In this document: positions 21,001 to 31,497 of the stretch, one piece after another
Numbering within the stretch: position 1 is the first letter of the stretch
Layout: each line of letters opens with the position of its first letter
Source of the DNA: Promethearchaeota archaeon
GTDB lineage: Archaea; Asgardarchaeota; Lokiarchaeia; Sigyniarchaeales; SOKP01
DNA length: 64,000 bases
Reading direction: 5' to 3'
Assembly (NCBI GenBank): GCA_030599585.1
Contig: JAUVNS010000003.1
Location: 128,001-192,000, forward strand
Made by a program: the position numbers and the translations under genes
The notes under the pieces: generated by a model
What the model was told of the DNA's origin: nothing
Databases searched by the model: none
The model's input: the letters and a program-made list of their open reading frames with translations, nothing else

Positions 21001-22053
21001 TTATTCCTCAATTTTATCAAAAAGTAGTAATTTTCTTGCTATTTTATGGAAAACTTTCTCTACATTATAGCCAGTTAAAGCAGATATTTCAAGGTATTCA
21101 AGGTCTAAAGCGTATGAGAGCCTTTTCGCATCAATCTCGGTGACAATTCTTTTTTTAGTTAAATCGTTCTTATTACCAATGAGATAACCCTTTAGGGCTC
21201 TATTATTTTTCATATAATTTTTTATATCTTGATGCCATTTTGATACATTTGCAAAAGACATTGGATTCGTCAAATCAAAAACTACTAGTATGATGCTCGC
21301 GCTCTCGTAAAATTTCTTTCTTATGACTTCAAACTTGGTTTGCCCTCCAATATCCCACAACACTAATTCTACAACGATAGAATCTATGTTAAAGATTTTT
21401 TGGGTAATATTTAGCCCCATCGTTGGAATATATGCCCTAAGAAATACATTATCAGTAAATCTTAGGATTGTAGAAGTCTTACCTACCTTCGGGTCTCCTA
21501 GAACTACGACTTTAAATTTCCTTTTCTCTCCTTGTTTATCTTCAAAGATCTTTCGAGATGGTTCTTCTTTCTTTGCTACATATTGGCTTTTAGAAGCCAA
21601 ATATGCCGTTATGTTGCATAAAATCAGGTGCAACTTCACAATTTCTTCGTATATCAATTCGTCTATAGTCCCATTTTTCTCTAAGGTGAGTATAGCGTTA
21701 ACAGCTTTACTAAAATACGAATCGATATAACTCATATATCGGTAGTATATCTGATCGTTTTCTTCAGCAAATACAAAGATTATTGCAGACTTGGAAATTC
21801 CTTCTTCAGTAGTAGAATCCTCTCTTTTAAAATATTTAATTAGAACTTTAATTTTTAGATGGGTAATAGGAAAAATTAAGAGAACTTCCGGGATGAAAGT
21901 TGGATCTGCAGATATAATCGAAACACACTCCTCAACGATCTCTCTCTGGTATTTTTCTGGTAAATTATAAGGATACCAAAATTTAATCATTGGAGCATCG
22001 TTATCTATATCAAGATAAATGATTGCGTTTGTTGAATCCATTTCACTCGACAA
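21001..22053 (-). CDS. Rab-like small GTPase with an N-terminal longin/uDENN-like domain
   Basis: G1 GDPKVGKT, G2 PTMG, G3 WDIGGQ, G4 NKND and G5 SAL; extra N-terminal region of about 170 aa. Confidence 0.88.
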   Translation of the reverse strand: MSSEMDSTNAIIYLDIDNDAPMIKFWYPYNLPEKYQREIVEECVSIISADPTFIPEVLLIFPITHLKIKVLIKYFKREDSTTEEGISKSAIIFVFAEENDQIYYRYMSYIDSYFSKAVNAILTLEKNGTIDELIYEEIVKLHLILCNITAYLASKSQYVAKKEEPSRKIFEDKQGEKRKFKVVVLGDPKVGKTSTILRFTDNVFLRAYIPTMGLNITQKIFNIDSIVVELVLWDIGGQTKFEVIRKKFYESASIILVVFDLTNPMSFANVSKWHQDIKNYMKNNRALKGYLIGNKNDLTKKRIVTEIDAKRLSYALDLEYLEISALTGYNVEKVFHKIARKLLLFDKIEE

Positions 22054-22087
22054 TTCTTATATAAAATTACTAATTCATCGATTTAAA

Positions 22088-23368
22088 TTATAGGTTTATT
22101 AATGGAAGAATCTGTGGTCCATTAGGCAAAATCAGTATGCTGGCCTCTTGCCCATGTTTAAGTAAAGAATTCTTAATTGCATTTTCTACAGTGTCAGCAT
22201 ACTTTAAACCAATATTTCCGATTTCCTCTTCTTTCATACTAGATACAAGGTATATTTCTGACTTCATTAATATTCGGGTTAATACTTGGATTTGCCATTG
22301 ATCAGGCACAACTATTTCTTTCTGTAGGATTTTATTATAGATATCCTGCGGATTCTTTTCAGAAAATATTAGTTCTTTAAATTTATCTTGTCCTTTGCCA
22401 ACTCCTTCGCTGCACTCATTTACTGAAATAATGGTGCCTCCTCGTTTTACAACCATTTCTCCAATTGCCATGCTTTTTACAGCCTGATAGAGGTTGAGAT
22501 CTAAAGGGAATCCCCCATTCCCACAAACCACAATATCGAATGGTTCTTGAATTTCCTTGAAAAGATGTTTGTTTTGATAATCAACTAATCTCTCATGAAC
22601 CAGTTCTACATCACCAGCAGCAATTTGGGTGATTTCGTGATTTTTGTTAATACAGACATTAATAATGAAATCTACACCAGCTATTTTTGCAAGTCTAGAT
22701 GAATGTTCAAGTAGAGGATTATTTTCTTGGATTCCGAATCTAGCATACGGAGAAGCTATTCTTTCGGCGGAGTGATTTGCTAATATAGTTTCAGCACCTG
22801 CTAAACCAGGAATAATGGATTTATAACCTCCAGAAAAGCCGAAGAAGAAGTGAGGTTCAACGTATCCAGTTAAAATTTTTAGATCGCTTTCATAATAGTA
22901 CTTATTGATATAAATAGGAACTTCATCATCGGGATTATGTAAAGATATAAGAGATTTCTTATCGGTTGCGATATGGTTAATGATTTTAACATCGCCTGTT
23001 GAAATTACACCTAGAATTCTATTTAGTTCCTCCTTTCGGGACGGACGATGCAATCCCGTAGCAATTAAGACTCCCATATACTTTTCTTTAATCCCATAAT
23101 CATTTAATTCTCTCAAAAGCCCTTCTAGAATAAGATGAGTTGGAACTGGTCGCGTTGCATCTGAAACTACAATACAAACAGATTTGATCCTTTCTCTATT
23201 TTTTATAATAGCCTTTAAGGAGAGATTTCCCACAGGATTTTTAATAGAATCCCTGATCGCGTTGATTGGATTTTCAATTGGAAATTGCTCATCAGGTTGA
23301 ATAATTTTCGTGTTCCATTTAGGATCAATCTCTAACTCAATTCCATTTTTTCCGTAGTCTAATTTCAT
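22088..23368 (-). CDS. larA: LarA-family nickel-pincer racemase/epimerase
   Basis: SDATRPVP, ATGLHR, EPHFFFGFSGGYKSIIPG, DLNLYQAVK and DQWQ. Confidence 0.88.
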   Translation of the reverse strand: MKLDYGKNGIELEIDPKWNTKIIQPDEQFPIENPINAIRDSIKNPVGNLSLKAIIKNRERIKSVCIVVSDATRPVPTHLILEGLLRELNDYGIKEKYMGVLIATGLHRPSRKEELNRILGVISTGDVKIINHIATDKKSLISLHNPDDEVPIYINKYYYESDLKILTGYVEPHFFFGFSGGYKSIIPGLAGAETILANHSAERIASPYARFGIQENNPLLEHSSRLAKIAGVDFIINVCINKNHEITQIAAGDVELVHERLVDYQNKHLFKEIQEPFDIVVCGNGGFPLDLNLYQAVKSMAIGEMVVKRGGTIISVNECSEGVGKGQDKFKELIFSEKNPQDIYNKILQKEIVVPDQWQIQVLTRILMKSEIYLVSSMKEEEIGNIGLKYADTVENAIKNSLLKHGQEASILILPNGPQILPLINL

Positions 23369-23423
23369 TAATATTGTTTGTAAGTTTATATTTTCAATAT
23401 CTATTACAAAACTCGTAATCTTT

Positions 23424-24326
23424 TTATATTTGCTTCTTCAAATTTGATAATGTGTTAAATGTGGTACCCCTAAAACCCCAATTTTGCAGAATTTGTTCTG
23501 AAGTATTAATTAGTCTATCGATAAATGTTTTTAGTGGTACAATTTCTTCAATGTGGCCAATAGCCATTGAAGCAATTGGTGAATCTTTCAATTCCAGGTG
23601 AAATATCTTTTTATAATATTTTTCATCGAATATATCTTGATTTAAAATCTGTTCTTTCCAACTTTTTGAAGCCAGGCTTTCTGTAGTCGCTATAATTGAA
23701 CTACCTAAGCATACAGCGTCTGCCCCCATAGCTATTGTTCCAAGAAAACCCCTAGCATCCCCAATACCTCCTGCTGCGATTAGTGGAAGGCTTATTAATC
23801 TCCGCGCCATTGTTATGTTAACTAAAGTTGTGTTTTGTACGGGATTTTTGAACCCAGTTCCCTCTAGCCCAACAAGCGTAATCGCATCAGCACCTGCATT
23901 TTCAGCAGCTTTAGCGTGTTTTATAGTAACACATTTGTGAAACCAATAACAATCTGCTTCTTTGATTCGGGTTCCAAGCTTTGGAGCTCTGTAAGCTGAA
24001 GTCGTAAAAACTTTTACTCCCAGATCAATTGCTAACTTTAGGAAATCGTAATAAGATTCTTCAGTTCTACCCCTCCTTTTTTTTATGAGATATGGTGGTG
24101 TTATCGTGAAGTTAATTCCAAACGGTTTATCCGTTAACAGAAGCATCTTCTCAAGTTCAGTACGAAAATCTTCAATTTTAGGATAATTAATAGCAGTAAT
24201 AATACCTAATCCTCCAGCGTTAGAAAAAGCACTTGCAAATTCTGCCCTTCCTATTACTGCAAAGGCCCCCATTATTAATGGGAATTTCATACCAGCCATC
24301 TGAGTTATTTTAGTTTCCCATTTCAT
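23424..24326 (-). CDS. Nitronate monooxygenase/FabK-like FMN enzyme
   Basis: SNAGGLG, TDKPFGIN and PLIAAGGIGDARG. Confidence 0.85.
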   Translation of the reverse strand: MKWETKITQMAGMKFPLIMGAFAVIGRAEFASAFSNAGGLGIITAINYPKIEDFRTELEKMLLLTDKPFGINFTITPPYLIKKRRGRTEESYYDFLKLAIDLGVKVFTTSAYRAPKLGTRIKEADCYWFHKCVTIKHAKAAENAGADAITLVGLEGTGFKNPVQNTTLVNITMARRLISLPLIAAGGIGDARGFLGTIAMGADAVCLGSSIIATTESLASKSWKEQILNQDIFDEKYYKKIFHLELKDSPIASMAIGHIEEIVPLKTFIDRLINTSEQILQNWGFRGTTFNTLSNLKKQI

Positions 24327-24509
24327 ATAAAATTAAACTCCTTTTCATAATGTATTTTTTTCAATTAGAGATAAAACAGAAATTTTTATTTTTTTAAGTA
24401 TTTTTACTTTAGTACAATTAGCATAATTAACCAAAAAAGATTTTTTAAATATTTGAATCGCTCATTTAAACTAACGATGGGATAATAACATATAATAATA
24501 CATGGTACA

Positions 24510-24890
24510 ATGCCTAGGATACTAATAGATTTTTGGGTTTTAACAGATAACGGAATCGTTTTATACTCAAAGGCATCAGATCAAAAGGTAAATCCACAAC
24601 TCTTTGGGGCTCTAATGAGTGCTTTAAATAAATTCGCTGAAAAGTTGACAGACGGCGGGATTTCAAACTTTGAAATGGCTGACCTTAGATTCGTAATAAT
24701 AAAGCGAAGAAGTATCCTTTTCATTGGAAGTTCCTCGTATAAAACCAAAGAGAAGAAAGTAATTGATGATCTCTTGCAAATTTCTGATAAATTTTTTCAA
24801 CTTTATACGGAAGCTTTAACAAATTGGGATAATAATGTAGAAACCTTTTCTGATTTTGGAGAACATATTGAGCAATTTTTAGAGAAATAG
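24510..24890 (+). CDS. Stand-alone longin-domain protein
   Basis: FWVLTDNGIVLYS / PQLFGALMSALNKFA / beta x3 / KFFQLY...W....ETFSDF, the typical Asgard longin pattern. Confidence 0.72.
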   Translation: MPRILIDFWVLTDNGIVLYSKASDQKVNPQLFGALMSALNKFAEKLTDGGISNFEMADLRFVIIKRRSILFIGSSSYKTKEKKVIDDLLQISDKFFQLYTEALTNWDNNVETFSDFGEHIEQFLEK

Positions 24891-25009
24891 CATCTTGTAA
24901 AGCTAAATTAAATTATATCACCATATTGACTTTTATTGAAAATAATCGTAAAAGATTTAAGATTGAAATTATATACGAATAATGAACAATAAAATTGGTT
25001 AACAAGTAA

Positions 25010-25342
25010 ATGAACGATACGAATAAAAGTATTGAAAAAGAACCAAAAAAGGCTCGTGTTATAAAAAATTATGAGGATGTTCTAAACGGTAGTAAATTAC
25101 GCTTTTTTCCTTCTATGAATTATAACAAACAACTTAAACGCTTGAATAATCCCAAATTTCTTGGTTCCTATCACCTTAAAGAAGAAAACACTCCGAGATA
25201 TAATGCTTTCAAAACACTCATAAAAGGAGATCTTGACGTTAAATACGCAAAAGCTTTAAGAAGCACTATAGTTAACCCCGTAACCATCGCCCTCATTATT
25301 ATCGCATTATTATTCAATATTTTGTGGTTCTTTTTTATCTAA
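25010..25342 (+). CDS. Hypothetical tail-anchored membrane protein
   Basis: Soluble N-terminus with a single C-terminal TM (PVTIALIIIALLFNILWFFFI). Confidence 0.7.
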   Translation: MNDTNKSIEKEPKKARVIKNYEDVLNGSKLRFFPSMNYNKQLKRLNNPKFLGSYHLKEENTPRYNAFKTLIKGDLDVKYAKALRSTIVNPVTIALIIIALLFNILWFFFI

Positions 25343-25499
25343 TTTTAAAATTGGAAAATTTTTGCTTTTCTATGTTTTTCCCTATTAATGAACATTATCA
25401 GTTAGAAAACCTTAATGTTCCAAATAAATTTTAAAGAGATAACTTGCTTTATTACATAAGCTTTTTAATTTACTCTTTAAAACTAACGAGGTATATCCT

Positions 25500-26969
25500 T
25501 TGATCTACGATGTAATTATTATAGGTGGTGGGGTAACTGGTTGCTGTATCGCGCGAAATCTTTCAAAATACGATTTGAAGATCGCTTTACTGGAAAAAGA
25601 AGCTGATATAGCATCAGGTACTACTAAAGCGAATTCTGGTGTAGTTCACGCAGGATTTGCTTCCCCAAGAGAATATGTAAAGCGGGATATGTGTATCAAA
25701 AGTAATAAATTATATACTCAAGCGTTTGAGGAACTAAACTTTTCTTTTCAAAGAATAGGTTCTTTTGTAGTAGCTTTGGAAGATAACCAAATTAAAAAAT
25801 TAGAAGAACAGAGGAGACAAGGCACACAAGATGGAGTTCCGGGGTTAGAAGTTATCCTCGACAAGAAAAAAATAAAATATATGGAACCAAATTTAACAGA
25901 CGACGTTGTAGGCGTGTTACACGCCCCAACTGCAGGAATTGTAAGTCCTTATGGTATGACTTACGCGCTAGCTGAGAATGCTGCTATGAATGGTGTAAAA
26001 TTCTTTCGAAATCAGAAAGTAAGAAGAATTAAACACCAAAATTACACTTTTATTATTAAAACTAAGGATAAAGAATTTAAAGCAACTAATGTGATTAACG
26101 CGGCGGGGGTTTACGGGGCGAAGATATCAAAAATGGTTGGTTTAGACTACTTCAATATCATGCCAAGAAAAGGTGAATATATTCTCTTTGATAGAAACGC
26201 TATGCATTTAAACAAAATATTATTTCCGACTCCAACAAAAGTCTCTAAAGGTATTTTAGTATGTCCGACCGTGAGTGGAAATACTTTTGTTGGACCTAAC
26301 GCACAAAATATTACCGATAAGAAAGATATCTCTACTACGGAAGCAGGGTTAAAAGAAATTTTAGAAGGTGGAAGACATTTGGTACCAAATTTACCCTTAA
26401 GAGCTTCTATCAGGAATTTTGCAGGTCTAAGGGCAGTTCCAGACACGTACGATTTTATTATTGATAACACAGATGTTTTTGGATTTATTAATGTAGTTGG
26501 TATTTTATCCCCCGGATTAACTTCATGTTATGCCATTGCAGAACGAGTTACTGAATTTCTAGAACTACTAGGGGCAAATATGACGGTTAAGGAGGATTAC
26601 AATCCTATTCGACCAAAACTTGATAAATTCAAAGATTTCAGTAAAATAGAATTAGATAAGAAAATAAAAGAAGATCCCGCTTGGGGAAGAATTATCTGTC
26701 GTTGCGAGACAATTCCAGAAAAAGAAATACTAAACGCTATCCATTCCCCCGTTGGAGCAACAACAACAGATGGAATAAAATTTCGATGCCGACCCGGAAT
26801 GGGAAGGTGTCAGGGTGGTTTTTGTAGACCAAGGCTAATCGAGATTCTTTCAAGAGAATTGAATATTCCCTATGAAGATGTAGTGAAAACTGGTGAAGAA
26901 ACTAATTTTCTTGTGGCGAAAACAAAAGAAATTGTGCTTCGAAGCTTAGAAGGAGGTAGTGAAGAGTGA
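25500..26969 (+). CDS. FAD-dependent oxidoreductase with a BFD-like [2Fe-2S] domain (glycerol-3-phosphate dehydrogenase/LhgO-like)
   Basis: GGGVTG, TTKANSGVVHAG, SPGLT and C-terminal CRCE...GMGRCQGGFC. Confidence 0.88.
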   Translation: MIYDVIIIGGGVTGCCIARNLSKYDLKIALLEKEADIASGTTKANSGVVHAGFASPREYVKRDMCIKSNKLYTQAFEELNFSFQRIGSFVVALEDNQIKKLEEQRRQGTQDGVPGLEVILDKKKIKYMEPNLTDDVVGVLHAPTAGIVSPYGMTYALAENAAMNGVKFFRNQKVRRIKHQNYTFIIKTKDKEFKATNVINAAGVYGAKISKMVGLDYFNIMPRKGEYILFDRNAMHLNKILFPTPTKVSKGILVCPTVSGNTFVGPNAQNITDKKDISTTEAGLKEILEGGRHLVPNLPLRASIRNFAGLRAVPDTYDFIIDNTDVFGFINVVGILSPGLTSCYAIAERVTEFLELLGANMTVKEDYNPIRPKLDKFKDFSKIELDKKIKEDPAWGRIICRCETIPEKEILNAIHSPVGATTTDGIKFRCRPGMGRCQGGFCRPRLIEILSRELNIPYEDVVKTGEETNFLVAKTKEIVLRSLEGGSEE

Positions 26970-28264
26970 AAAAATACAAATCCGATGTGGTTGTTATTGG
27001 TGCCGGAGCAGGAGGATTAGCAGCAGCTATTGAAGTAAAGAAGGCTGGACTTGAAGTTTTACTCATTGAAAGGGATAAAGAGCTAGGTGGGATAACGCTG
27101 CAATGTATTCACAATGGATTCGGATTAAAAGAATTTGAAGAAGAATTAACTGGTCCTGAATATGCTCAAAGATTCATAAACCAAGTAAAAGAATTGAAAA
27201 TCCCTTACTTATTGGATTCTATGGTAATTGAAATTACAAAAGAAAAATTGGTCTATGCCGTTAATAGAAACGAAGGTTTAATTGAAATAAAAGCAAAAGC
27301 GATTATTTTGGCTATGGGTTGTCGTGAAAAAACCAGAGGGGCTATAAACATACCTGGTTTTCGCCCTGCAGGCATCTATACCGCTGGACAGGCTCAAAGA
27401 TTCGTTAATATTGAAGGGTATCTACCGGGAAATACCTATGTAATCCTTGGAAGTGGAGATATTGGGATGATAATGGCTCGAAGATTGACATGGGAAGGCT
27501 GTAAAGTAAAGGCTGTAGTTGAAATACAATCTTACGTTAGCGGTCTGCTTCGAAATCAAGTCCAATGCTTAGAAGATTACGATATCCCCCTTATCACTGG
27601 TTTTACAGTTACTAAAATACACGGACGTGAACGAATTAAAGGAGTAACGATATCTAAAGTAAGTAGAAATTTCGATCGAATAATAGGCTCAGATAAATTT
27701 ATTGAATGCGACACGCTGCTATTATCTGTAGGTTTAATCCCTGAAAACGAATTAACACTCGAAGCTGGAGCGAAAATATCACAAAATGGTGGTCCTCTTG
27801 TTGACGAAAATTTGGAAACTACTATAGATGGAATATTTGCTTGTGGGAATGTTTTACAAGTTCACGATTTGGTTGATATGGTAACTGCTGAAGCTAAAAG
27901 AGCTGGTAAAAACGCAATAGAATATCTCGATACGAGATACGGCAAAGAACTGAAGAAGCAAAAAAAATTTAAGTGCATCTCTGGGGAAAATGTTGGTTAT
28001 GTAAAGCCAGATGTAATAAATAAAACTGATATATCAAAAGACATATATTTTACTTTCAGAGTTAAATACCCCGCGAGAAGAGTTTTAATCCAATTCAAAG
28101 ACGAAAATAATAACATAATTTATAGTAGAAAAAAGATATATGTAATTCCGAGCGAGATGATCGAATTGAACCTAAACTTAGAAGAAGCAAATGTGAATCC
28201 AAATAGCAAATCTATTACAATAGAAGTTATTCCTCGACCAGAGGTATTAATAGAGGAGGATTAA
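26966..28264 (+). CDS. NAD(P)/FAD-dependent oxidoreductase, partner of the upstream dehydrogenase
   Basis: GAGAGG, QCIHNGFG, ELTGPEY, GSGDIG and GNVLQVHDLVD; 4-bp GTGA overlap with the upstream gene. Confidence 0.88.
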   Translation: MKKYKSDVVVIGAGAGGLAAAIEVKKAGLEVLLIERDKELGGITLQCIHNGFGLKEFEEELTGPEYAQRFINQVKELKIPYLLDSMVIEITKEKLVYAVNRNEGLIEIKAKAIILAMGCREKTRGAINIPGFRPAGIYTAGQAQRFVNIEGYLPGNTYVILGSGDIGMIMARRLTWEGCKVKAVVEIQSYVSGLLRNQVQCLEDYDIPLITGFTVTKIHGRERIKGVTISKVSRNFDRIIGSDKFIECDTLLLSVGLIPENELTLEAGAKISQNGGPLVDENLETTIDGIFACGNVLQVHDLVDMVTAEAKRAGKNAIEYLDTRYGKELKKQKKFKCISGENVGYVKPDVINKTDISKDIYFTFRVKYPARRVLIQFKDENNNIIYSRKKIYVIPSEMIELNLNLEEANVNPNSKSITIEVIPRPEVLIEED

Positions 28265-28285
28265 TTAATAGAGGAGAAGAGAAGA

Positions 28286-28666
28286 ATGAGTGAAAGTAGT
28301 GCGAGTGTAGTAAAAGTAATAAGGTGTATAGTATGTCCTACTGGTTGCCAAATACAAGCCATTTCAAAGGGTTCCGATATAGTATTTGAAGGATATACTT
28401 GTGAAAGAGGATTGGAATACGCAAAACAGGAATTTTACGAGCCTAAAAGAATTCTTACAACTACCATTAGAGTTGAGGATGGATTTTTACCCTTGATTCC
28501 TGTAAGAACAGATAAGCCAATCCTTAAAGATAAGTTAAGAGAAGCACTAAACGAGATTGCTAAAACTGTGGTAAAAGCCCCAGTAAAAATGGGAGATATT
28601 TTGATCGAAAACATCCTCGAATTAGATTCAAATCTTATAGCTAGTAGAGATTTGCCCAAAAAATAA
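28286..28666 (+). CDS. DUF1667 Cys-motif protein (third gene of the cluster)
   Basis: CIVCPTGC...CERG..YA..E...PKR..TTT; AGAGGAG SD upstream. Confidence 0.85.
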   Translation: MSESSASVVKVIRCIVCPTGCQIQAISKGSDIVFEGYTCERGLEYAKQEFYEPKRILTTTIRVEDGFLPLIPVRTDKPILKDKLREALNEIAKTVVKAPVKMGDILIENILELDSNLIASRDLPKK

Positions 28667-28699
28667 TCTTAATAAATACGTAGAGAACCTTAGGATATA

Positions 28700-29149
28700 A
28701 TGGTAGAATTGGATCAAATCTATTTGGTGCATGAAAATTTATATATTGGTGCATATTGGCCAAGACTAAACTTTGAGAAATTTAAAGAGATAGGTATTTC
28801 CGCTATTGTGAATTTAATGGAAGAAAATTACTATGATCCTACAGATCAAGGATTTAATTATCTTTTTAAAGGATTCCCTGACGAATGGTATCCTCCACAT
28901 AGCTCCATTAGTGAGATTTTAGATTTTATAGATAATAACATTGAACATGGAAAAGTCTTGGTCCATTGCGCAATGGGTATTTCCAGAAGTGGAGGTCTTA
29001 TTGTAGCTTGGTTGTTAAAGAATAATCCAAATTGGAGTTGGAATGATGCAATGAATTATATAAATAAATCAAGATTGATTTTTCCTGCCATCGAAATAAG
29101 AGAGTCGGTACTCGATTATTTTGAATCTATTGATGGATTTAGAAGATAG
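28700..29149 (+). CDS. Dual-specificity protein phosphatase
   Basis: VHCAMGISRS P-loop and FPD acid loop. Confidence 0.9.
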   Translation: MVELDQIYLVHENLYIGAYWPRLNFEKFKEIGISAIVNLMEENYYDPTDQGFNYLFKGFPDEWYPPHSSISEILDFIDNNIEHGKVLVHCAMGISRSGGLIVAWLLKNNPNWSWNDAMNYINKSRLIFPAIEIRESVLDYFESIDGFRR

Positions 29150-29244
29150 GTTTGTTCTTTTTTTATCTATTTTGCTTTAACACAAATTTATATTAATATT
29201 CTAAAATTATTTTATTAGTATTTATTCCTATTAATGAACATATT

Positions 29245-29532
29245 ATGCCTGGTCAACATAAAAATCTTAAATCTGAGAGAATTCAAATATATTTTGACTG
29301 TATTTGTGGTTCCGTATGCTCAATATCAGCTCTTATTGGTATATTCTTTTTTACACAACAAGAGGGGATTCTATACCCCGCTTCATTCACATTAGGCCTT
29401 ATTTTTTGGGTTGGTTATTTAGGATTATCTGTATTCATAATAGGATTAGGAATATATACGTATTACCGAGAAAAGAGTTTTAACCCTGACGCAATTCCTA
29501 AAAAGAAGTTAAGAGCACCTATAGTAGGATAA
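29245..29532 (+). CDS. Small two-TM membrane protein
   Basis: Two hydrophobic helices in 95 aa. Confidence 0.65.
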   Translation: MPGQHKNLKSERIQIYFDCICGSVCSISALIGIFFFTQQEGILYPASFTLGLIFWVGYLGLSVFIIGLGIYTYYREKSFNPDAIPKKKLRAPIVG

Positions 29533-29667
29533 TCTTCAAAATTCCTATTTTAACGCTCTTTCAAATTATTCTGAATTTCTATTTTTTACATATATTTTTA
29601 TTATCTTGCTTAGATCATTTAATAAATTATATTATTTCCAGATAATAAAGAACGAGGAAAAATTAAA

Positions 29668-30003
29668 TTGACTGAATTCGAGAAAGATATTTTAAGTCTA
29701 CTCAGAAAAATTGACGAAAAATTAGATAAACTTTTAGGTACTAGCAGTTTAGAAGCAGAATCGGCTAAAACCGCAACTCCACAAGAGGATGAATATGTAA
29801 AACCCTCTGCTGTTGTTGAAAAACAGGATGAAGAAGAAAAAGCATTGATCAAACCTCCCGTTGAAGGACGAAGAATTTGTCCTGCATGTGGAGGAATAAC
29901 ATTCAACGCAGAAGAAGATAAATCTCAAGTATTATTTCAGCAAGGTGGAATGAAAATTTTCGCTAAACGGTATATTTGTAAAAATTGTGGAACAGAAGCC
30001 TAA
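29668..30003 (+). CDS. Small protein with an N-terminal coiled helix and a C-terminal Zn-ribbon
   Basis: EGRRICPACG...DKS...KRYICKNCG; GAGG SD upstream of the TTG start. Confidence 0.8.
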   Translation: MTEFEKDILSLLRKIDEKLDKLLGTSSLEAESAKTATPQEDEYVKPSAVVEKQDEEEKALIKPPVEGRRICPACGGITFNAEEDKSQVLFQQGGMKIFAKRYICKNCGTEA

Positions 30004-30045
30004 TACAAAACAGCAAAAAATTAATTTCAATAAGTACTTCCAAAG

Positions 30046-30079
30046 AATCGTTGTAATTAACGATGAATTTACAACGATT
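30046..30079. repeat. Perfect 11-bp inverted repeat
   Basis: AATCGTTGTAA (30046-56) / TTACAACGATT (30069-79) with a 12-nt spacer. Confidence 0.7.
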
Positions 30080-30257
30080 AGGAAATTATTTTCATTAACT
30101 TCATCTAAATTAAGTATCTCAAGATACGTAATAGGAATGCCAAAGTAACTCAATATAATACTTTCTGGTTTAACTATACAAATCCAATTGGAAGTTGTTA
30201 ATTACCAATAATAAAATTTAATTTTAATCTTACTTTTCTCTTTGTAGTGATTGATTT

Positions 30258-30896
30258 ATGGCTAACGAAGAAATAATTATCCAAATTATGTTTATTACTC
30301 TAGCAATGGTTGGTTTAAGCGAGATTCTCAACAGAGTTTTCGGTTTAAATATGGACACTGCAAGAGAAATGAAAGAAAATTCAAGGAACCTACAAGAACG
30401 AATGAAAACTGCCAGACTTACAGGAAATCCTCAAGAAATGGCTGAACTTCAACAAGAATCAATAGCATTGACGAAAGTAATGATGAAAAAGCAAATGATC
30501 CCCTCATGTGTAAGATGTGCTATTTTCATGGGGATATTTGGGTTGATAGGTGGTATTTACATAGCTTACGGAAAGGATTTGCTTCCGTTTCCAATTTTGT
30601 TCTTTGGTACTGGTTGGTTTGCTGTATACTTCTTGTTCTCAATCAGTTTTAGTCTTATTCTCTATGGATTAAAAAGACTTTATAGAAAACTAACTGGCAA
30701 AGAAGACAAGCGAAAAAAAGCATCAAAAGAAATTTTAGGCATGCTATCTCCAGATTCAGGAAGTCAGGGAGGTAATCTCCAGCTAACAAGACCAATTCCT
30801 AATAGATCCTTACCTGAATATGACGCTGATGGTGAGAAAGAGGATAGCGATGGACAACCTAAGAGCGATTCATGGAAAGATCGATTAAAAAGCTAA
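30258..30896 (+). CDS. EMC3/TMCO1/DUF106 (Oxa1-superfamily) membrane insertase-like protein
   Basis: TM1, Met-rich coiled coil, TM2, LPFP...GWFAVYFLFS TM3. Confidence 0.8.
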   Translation: MANEEIIIQIMFITLAMVGLSEILNRVFGLNMDTAREMKENSRNLQERMKTARLTGNPQEMAELQQESIALTKVMMKKQMIPSCVRCAIFMGIFGLIGGIYIAYGKDLLPFPILFFGTGWFAVYFLFSISFSLILYGLKRLYRKLTGKEDKRKKASKEILGMLSPDSGSQGGNLQLTRPIPNRSLPEYDADGEKEDSDGQPKSDSWKDRLKS

Positions 30897-30928
30897 TTAC
30901 ATCAAAAACTAAATTCATCTGATTACAA

Positions 30929-31408
30929 ATGGCAGAAAATAATGTTATGAAGAAACAGATGATCCTCTATTTTATTTTTGCGGCGTGTATGATCCTCTTA
31001 AATTATATCATACAAAAAATTAATGAACTTGTTATTTCTCCCTTCATCTGTTCTGTATTCGGAGGAAATGATTTTATTCAAACTTTATATTGTTCTACAA
31101 ACCCGATAAATATGCCCGAACTAATAGGTTCTATCGTGGCAGTCGGAATAACTTATGTTATTAAGTTTTTCTTAGATAAGTACCTGGTCTTCAAAAAAAC
31201 CAGTTTAAAGATCAAAGAAACTTCACAAGAGTTTTTCAAATACTTTGGATTTGCTATTTTAACGACGATTGAAAATATTGGCATCCAATTTATCTTAACC
31301 AACCTTTTTAATGCTCCGATAGAGCTAAGCATTATCGTCGCATTGTCTATTGGTTATGTAACTAAATTTTTTTTAGACAGAAAATATGTATTCACCAAGG
31401 AATACTGA
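30929..31408 (+). CDS. GtrA family protein
   Basis: Duplicated KFFLD(K/R)xxVF motif, 4 TM. Confidence 0.85.
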   Translation: MAENNVMKKQMILYFIFAACMILLNYIIQKINELVISPFICSVFGGNDFIQTLYCSTNPINMPELIGSIVAVGITYVIKFFLDKYLVFKKTSLKIKETSQEFFKYFGFAILTTIENIGIQFILTNLFNAPIELSIIVALSIGYVTKFFLDRKYVFTKEY

Positions 31409-31497
31409 GTTTATTATAAAGTAGGCTGATAGGTTTAAAATTAGCAGAATCTTACTCCATTAATTTTTAATACTATAAATTTCTTATTTTTAATATT

